Below, in pieces: positions 60,630 to 64,000 of a DNA stretch of 64,000 bases. The stretch's first letter is position 1; each line of letters opens with the position of its first letter. Made by a program: the position numbers and the translations under genes. The DNA comes from an uncultured Gemmatimonadales bacterium (GTDB taxonomy: Bacteria; Gemmatimonadota; Gemmatimonadetes; Gemmatimonadales; Gemmatimonadaceae), in assembly GCA_963850905.1 (NCBI GenBank), contig CAWKMU010000003.1, positions 896,001-960,000 of the forward strand, written 5' to 3'. The notes under the pieces were generated by a model that worked only from the letters and a program-made list of their open reading frames with translations, did no database searches and had not been told where the DNA came from.

Positions 60630-60736
60630 ACCGGGTTCCGGGTTCCGGGTTCCGGGTGGCACAAACCGCTAAGGCCAGTCGCAGCGGTGTGACTGGCCTT
60701 TCGATTTTGTTCCGGAACCCGAGACCCGGAACCCGG
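60630..60736. repeat. Heptamer-armed palindromic element with CCGGGTT arms
   Basis: (CCGGGTT)x3-4-ACAAACC..GGCCAGTCGCAGCGGTGTGACTGGCC..TTTTGTT-CCGGAACCCGAGACCCGGAACCCGG. Confidence 0.88.
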
Positions 60737-60740
60737 CCGT

Positions 60741-61361
60741 TCAGACCTTCGTCTCTCCCCCCACCTTCTCCACCTCACTGGCCGCTTTTTCGAGTATCTC
60801 CCGGATGCGGTGCAGCTGCACCGGATCTTTTAGCCGCGTCGCGGTGGCGTAGGTCGCACGAGCAACCGACTTGAACGCCTGATGGACCTCGACCATCTGC
60901 GGTCCGAAAAAGCTCGTCGCAAAGCCGGCAATGCGGTCGAAGATCTCGTCGACGGCACCCTTGTTTGCCTCGAGGTAGGCTCGGCCCTCCGCTGTGATCT
61001 CGTAGATCTTCTTCCCACCCTCCTCCGCGGTCCCATGGGCGTAGCCTAGATCCTCCAGCATCGTGAGCGTCGGATACACCGCGCCCGGGCTGGGCGAGTA
61101 GGCGCCGCCCAACCGATCTTCGAGTGCCTTGATGATCTCATAGCCGTGGCGCGGCTTCTCGCTGAGGAGCTGCAGAATCACGTACTTGAGATCGCCCTGC
61201 TCGAACATGCGCGAGCGGAACCCGCCCCACCGTCCGCCCCCTTTCCCACCAGGTCCGCCCCAGAATCCGGCGCCCCACGGGCCGCCTCCTCCAAAGCCCC
61301 AACCCCACGAGTCCCGACTCCCGCGCGGTGAGCATCCTTGCCGTTCCCAGTCTCTGAACAT
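60741..61361 (-). CDS. PadR-family regulator (YqjI-like) with Gly/Trp-rich N-terminus
   Basis: GGAGGGG RBS; FEQGDLKYVIL.LL.EKPRHGYEIIKALE, YSPSPGAVYPTL. Confidence 0.93.
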   Translation of the reverse strand: MFRDWERQGCSPRGSRDSWGWGFGGGGPWGAGFWGGPGGKGGGRWGGFRSRMFEQGDLKYVILQLLSEKPRHGYEIIKALEDRLGGAYSPSPGAVYPTLTMLEDLGYAHGTAEEGGKKIYEITAEGRAYLEANKGAVDEIFDRIAGFATSFFGPQMVEVHQAFKSVARATYATATRLKDPVQLHRIREILEKAASEVEKVGGETKV

Positions 61362-61391
61362 CGCCCGTCCCCTCCGTAAAGTAATTACGTG

Positions 61392-61437
61392 CGATATATC
61401 TTCGATATATCTTAGGGCCGGCGAAGAGGCATTGCAA
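61392..61437 (-). promoter_or_regulatory. Sigma70 promoter TTGCAA-N17-TAAGAT overlapped by tandem GATATATC operator boxes
   Basis: -35 at 61437-61432, -10 at 61414-61409; GATATATC at 61393-61400 and 61404-61411. Confidence 0.75.
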
Positions 61438-61508
61438 GGGTTGGACGCGTCTAACTTCTCACCCCCGCTTTTGGCTATCCTTACTGCCCAACCCCTTACC
61501 CGTACACT

Positions 61509-62438
61509 ATGCGCACCACGCTCGCGGTCATCCTTGCTGTTGTGGCGGGCGGAGCCGTCGCTCGACGCCACGTGCTCGTCACCGAACTCGACGCCGTCCG
61601 ACATGTCGGACCAGCCGCCACGAGCTCGAGTGGCATCGGGACCGTTGCCGCGCTTCCACCATCGGCGGCCAGCGCAGCTGAGCAACTCGCCAAATCACCG
61701 CGGCATCGCGAGTACGTGATGATTCCGACACCCGGCGTGCCGGGCGACAGCATCCGGGCGTGGGTGTTCTATCCACAAGTAAACCACAAGGTGCCCGTGG
61801 TCGTGGTTATCCACGAGATTTTCGGGATGAGTACATGGATCAAAGCGGTCGGTGATCAGATCGCGGCAGATGGCTATATCGCGATCGTCCCCGACCTCAT
61901 TCACCGCAACCTGCCGCCACAGGCCCCGGACACGATGATTCCCGATGAGGGGGTGCGCGCGGTGCGCGCGCTTCAAGCGGCCGACGTCCAACGCGATCTC
62001 GATGCCGCCGCCGCCTACGCCACGCGCCTGCCGAGTGCGCTCCCCGTCTACGCAACGGTCGGATTCTGCTGGGGCGGGGGCACCTCCTTCGCCCACGCCG
62101 TCCACCAGCCCGCGGTCGCCGGCGGTCCCGCACTCAAGGCCACGGTCGTCTACTACGGACCGACTCCGGACTCGACGCAGTTGGGCAGTGCGCGTGATCC
62201 CGTGCTCGGCCTGTATGGCGGCAACGACGCCCGCATCTCATCAACGGTCCCCGGCACGGATTCGGCCATGGAGCGCCTGCACAAGACGTACGCGTTCAAG
62301 ATCTACGACGGCGCCGGTCACGGCTTCCTCCGCGCGCAGGACGACGCCCACGACACGCAGGGGACGGCAAACGCCGACGCCGCGCGCGACGCATGGCCGC
62401 GTACGTTGCAGTGGTTCCACCAATACCTGGGCGCCTGA
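61509..62438 (+). CDS. Dienelactone hydrolase family protein (exported)
   Basis: VIHEIFG, GFCWGG, YYG, GNDARI, AGHGFLR. Confidence 0.93.
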   Translation: MRTTLAVILAVVAGGAVARRHVLVTELDAVRHVGPAATSSSGIGTVAALPPSAASAAEQLAKSPRHREYVMIPTPGVPGDSIRAWVFYPQVNHKVPVVVVIHEIFGMSTWIKAVGDQIAADGYIAIVPDLIHRNLPPQAPDTMIPDEGVRAVRALQAADVQRDLDAAAAYATRLPSALPVYATVGFCWGGGTSFAHAVHQPAVAGGPALKATVVYYGPTPDSTQLGSARDPVLGLYGGNDARISSTVPGTDSAMERLHKTYAFKIYDGAGHGFLRAQDDAHDTQGTANADAARDAWPRTLQWFHQYLGA

Positions 62439-62986
62439 TGCGATACGCCTATGCTGCCTCGTTCTTGCTCGGGTTGTTGCTTGGCGTCCGCGCCATGCTG
62501 CACGGCGTGGAACGCCCGGCGAAGTCGCGCTCTCCGCTCGATCCGAACGCGACCTCCGGGCGGCGCTTCGCCCTCAATCTCCCGACCGCCGCCGGGTTCG
62601 CCACAGCGTTTGGATTGACCGGCTACCTCCTCGCGCGACTCACCGGGCTGGGCGTGGCGGTCGATCTGGTGATCGCCTCCGTCGCCGGGGCGGCCGGGGC
62701 CGTCGGGATCCTGCTGCTGATTGCGGCGTGGGCAATTCCCGCAGCGAAGGCAGAGGTGACCGATGAACGGTATCTCATGCAGGGTGCACTCGCCCGCGTG
62801 ATCGGCGTCACCGATCGGGGCGCGTCTGGCACGGTAACCTATGCGTCGGGTGGCGTCTCGTTCACGACCGGCGCGACTGCCCTGGACGGGACTCGTCTGG
62901 AAGTCGGCAGCGAGGTCGTCATCGAACGCATTGAGAATGGGGTGGCGTTCGTCGAGCCATGGGCTCACGTGGAAGCGCGCCTATAG
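62438..62986 (+). CDS. NfeD-like membrane protein (TM helices + C-terminal OB fold)
   Basis: TGATG overlap; AGFATAFGLTGY, GSEVVIERIENGVAFVE. Confidence 0.75.
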   Translation: MRYAYAASFLLGLLLGVRAMLHGVERPAKSRSPLDPNATSGRRFALNLPTAAGFATAFGLTGYLLARLTGLGVAVDLVIASVAGAAGAVGILLLIAAWAIPAAKAEVTDERYLMQGALARVIGVTDRGASGTVTYASGGVSFTTGATALDGTRLEVGSEVVIERIENGVAFVEPWAHVEARL

Positions 62987-63130
62987 ATTGATTGGTGTGC
63001 GGCCGCACCAGCGCGGCACGGCACATGCCGGTGCAGGTGCAGGGCGGCTTGTAGGAGCGAGGCATGTCTCGCCCTCTGCCGCCCGCGTCGTCGGGGGGTG
63101 TTGGATCGGTCGATGCCCCGGGAGGAGCAG

Positions 63131-63427
63131 ATGTCCGACGCTACCATCTTCATCCTGGTGTTCGGCGGGCTGTTCCTGCTCCGCGCCCTCGCCGCGACGG
63201 TTGTGTTTTTCTACATCATCCCCCGCGGCGACCGTTGCCCCAATTGCGACGCCGCTACGGCGCGGGTGCAGACCGGACGCTGGAATCGCCTCATCCCATC
63301 ACTTCGCTCGAGCTGGTGCATGGAGTGCGGCTGGAGCGGAATGCTGCGCCATGGCCCACTCACGCCGAGGGATGAGGGCCTGCTGGCCGAGACCGCGCGG
63401 ACGAAGGGCCTGGGTGTGAGGGAGTGA
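63131..63427 (+). CDS. Small membrane-anchored zinc-ribbon protein
   Basis: GGAGGAG RBS; N-terminal TM; CPNC...CMEC. Confidence 0.75.
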   Translation: MSDATIFILVFGGLFLLRALAATVVFFYIIPRGDRCPNCDAATARVQTGRWNRLIPSLRSSWCMECGWSGMLRHGPLTPRDEGLLAETARTKGLGVRE

Positions 63428-63435
63428 AAGAGATC

Positions 63436-63497
63436 GGGTGACGGGCGGCGGGCGCTAAAGCGTCCGCCGCCCGCCACACCGTAACCCGTAACCCGGC
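63436..63497. repeat. GC hairpin with GGGTGAC/GTAACCC heptamer flanks
   Basis: GGGTGAC-GGGCGGCGGGCGC-TAAA-GCGTCCGCCGCCC..CCGTAACCCGTAACCCGG. Confidence 0.55.
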
Positions 63498-63514
63498 TCT
63501 TTAGTCCCTCCAGT

Positions 63515-64000
63515 GTGCGCACCAGCCCAACCCGCATTCGCCAACTCGACGTGCTGCGAGGCGTAGCCGTTGTGCTCGTGCTCGGCCGCCACATGGGCGG
63601 AGTGCCGCTCGACGTTCCCTTTGTGGCACAGAGTGCGCTCGTTCTCTGGCTTCGAACAGGCTGGATCGGCGTCGATCTCTTTTTCGTCTTGAGCGGCTTT
63701 CTCGTCTCGGGCCTGTTATTCCGCGAGTACGGCCGCCTGGGCGAGGTCCACGCGGGGCGGTTCCTCGTCCGACGGGGACTTCGGATTTACCCCGCCTTTT
63801 ACATCTTCCTGATCTCGACCTCGATCGCGACTGGTACGGTTGGCACCCGCCAGTTCCTCGCTGACGCCTCGTTCGTGCAGAACTACATCCCCGGGTTGTG
63901 GGACCACACCTGGACGCTGGCGGTGGAAGAGCACTTCTATCTCCTCCTCGCGCTGCTCGTTGCGGTCCTCGTGCGGCGCGACGCCGCCCGCTCGACCCGG
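63515..64000 (+). CDS. Acyltransferase-3 (OafA-like), partial
   Basis: Manual translation: RIRQLDVLRGVA, GWIGVDLFFVLSGFLV, RGLRIYPAFY, HTWTLAVEEHFY. Confidence 0.9.
   Translation, partial: MRTSPTRIRQLDVLRGVAVVLVLGRHMGGVPLDVPFVAQSALVLWLRTGWIGVDLFFVLSGFLVSGLLFREYGRLGEVHAGRFLVRRGLRIYPAFYIFLISTSIATGTVGTRQFLADASFVQNYIPGLWDHTWTLAVEEHFYLLLALLVAVLVRRDAARSTR

Overview
High-GC bacterial chromosomal segment. The gene content (acidobacterial-type PadR, ADOP duplicated permeases, DUF5916-like and other outer-membrane proteins) suggests Gemmatimonadota or a related soil lineage; this is inference only. About 55 CDS were called by eye from motifs, with no database searches. They include transporters (OPT, APC, an MFP-ABC-ADOP efflux operon with a sigma54 response regulator and histidine kinase), a propeller-GGDEF sensor, an M16 peptidase pair, MurB, HisA/HisN-like proteins, ABC-F, OsmC, a stand-alone cytochrome b with a His/Met-rich partner, and many secreted or membrane hypotheticals. 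I saw no rRNA, tRNA, CRISPR array, transposase or phage gene. The most striking feature is non-coding: about 16 intergenic palindromic elements. About 11 of them share a core hairpin (ACAAAC..GGCCAG..loop TGCACCG..CTGGCC..GTTTGT), and across the family the inverted tandem-heptamer arms come in five different sequence types. They lie almost always directly at a gene 3' end and often supply the stop codon. GTAG-type REP palindromes form a separate family. Four genes carry 1-nt frameshifts, mostly in short homopolymers, which most likely reflect long-read assembly errors.
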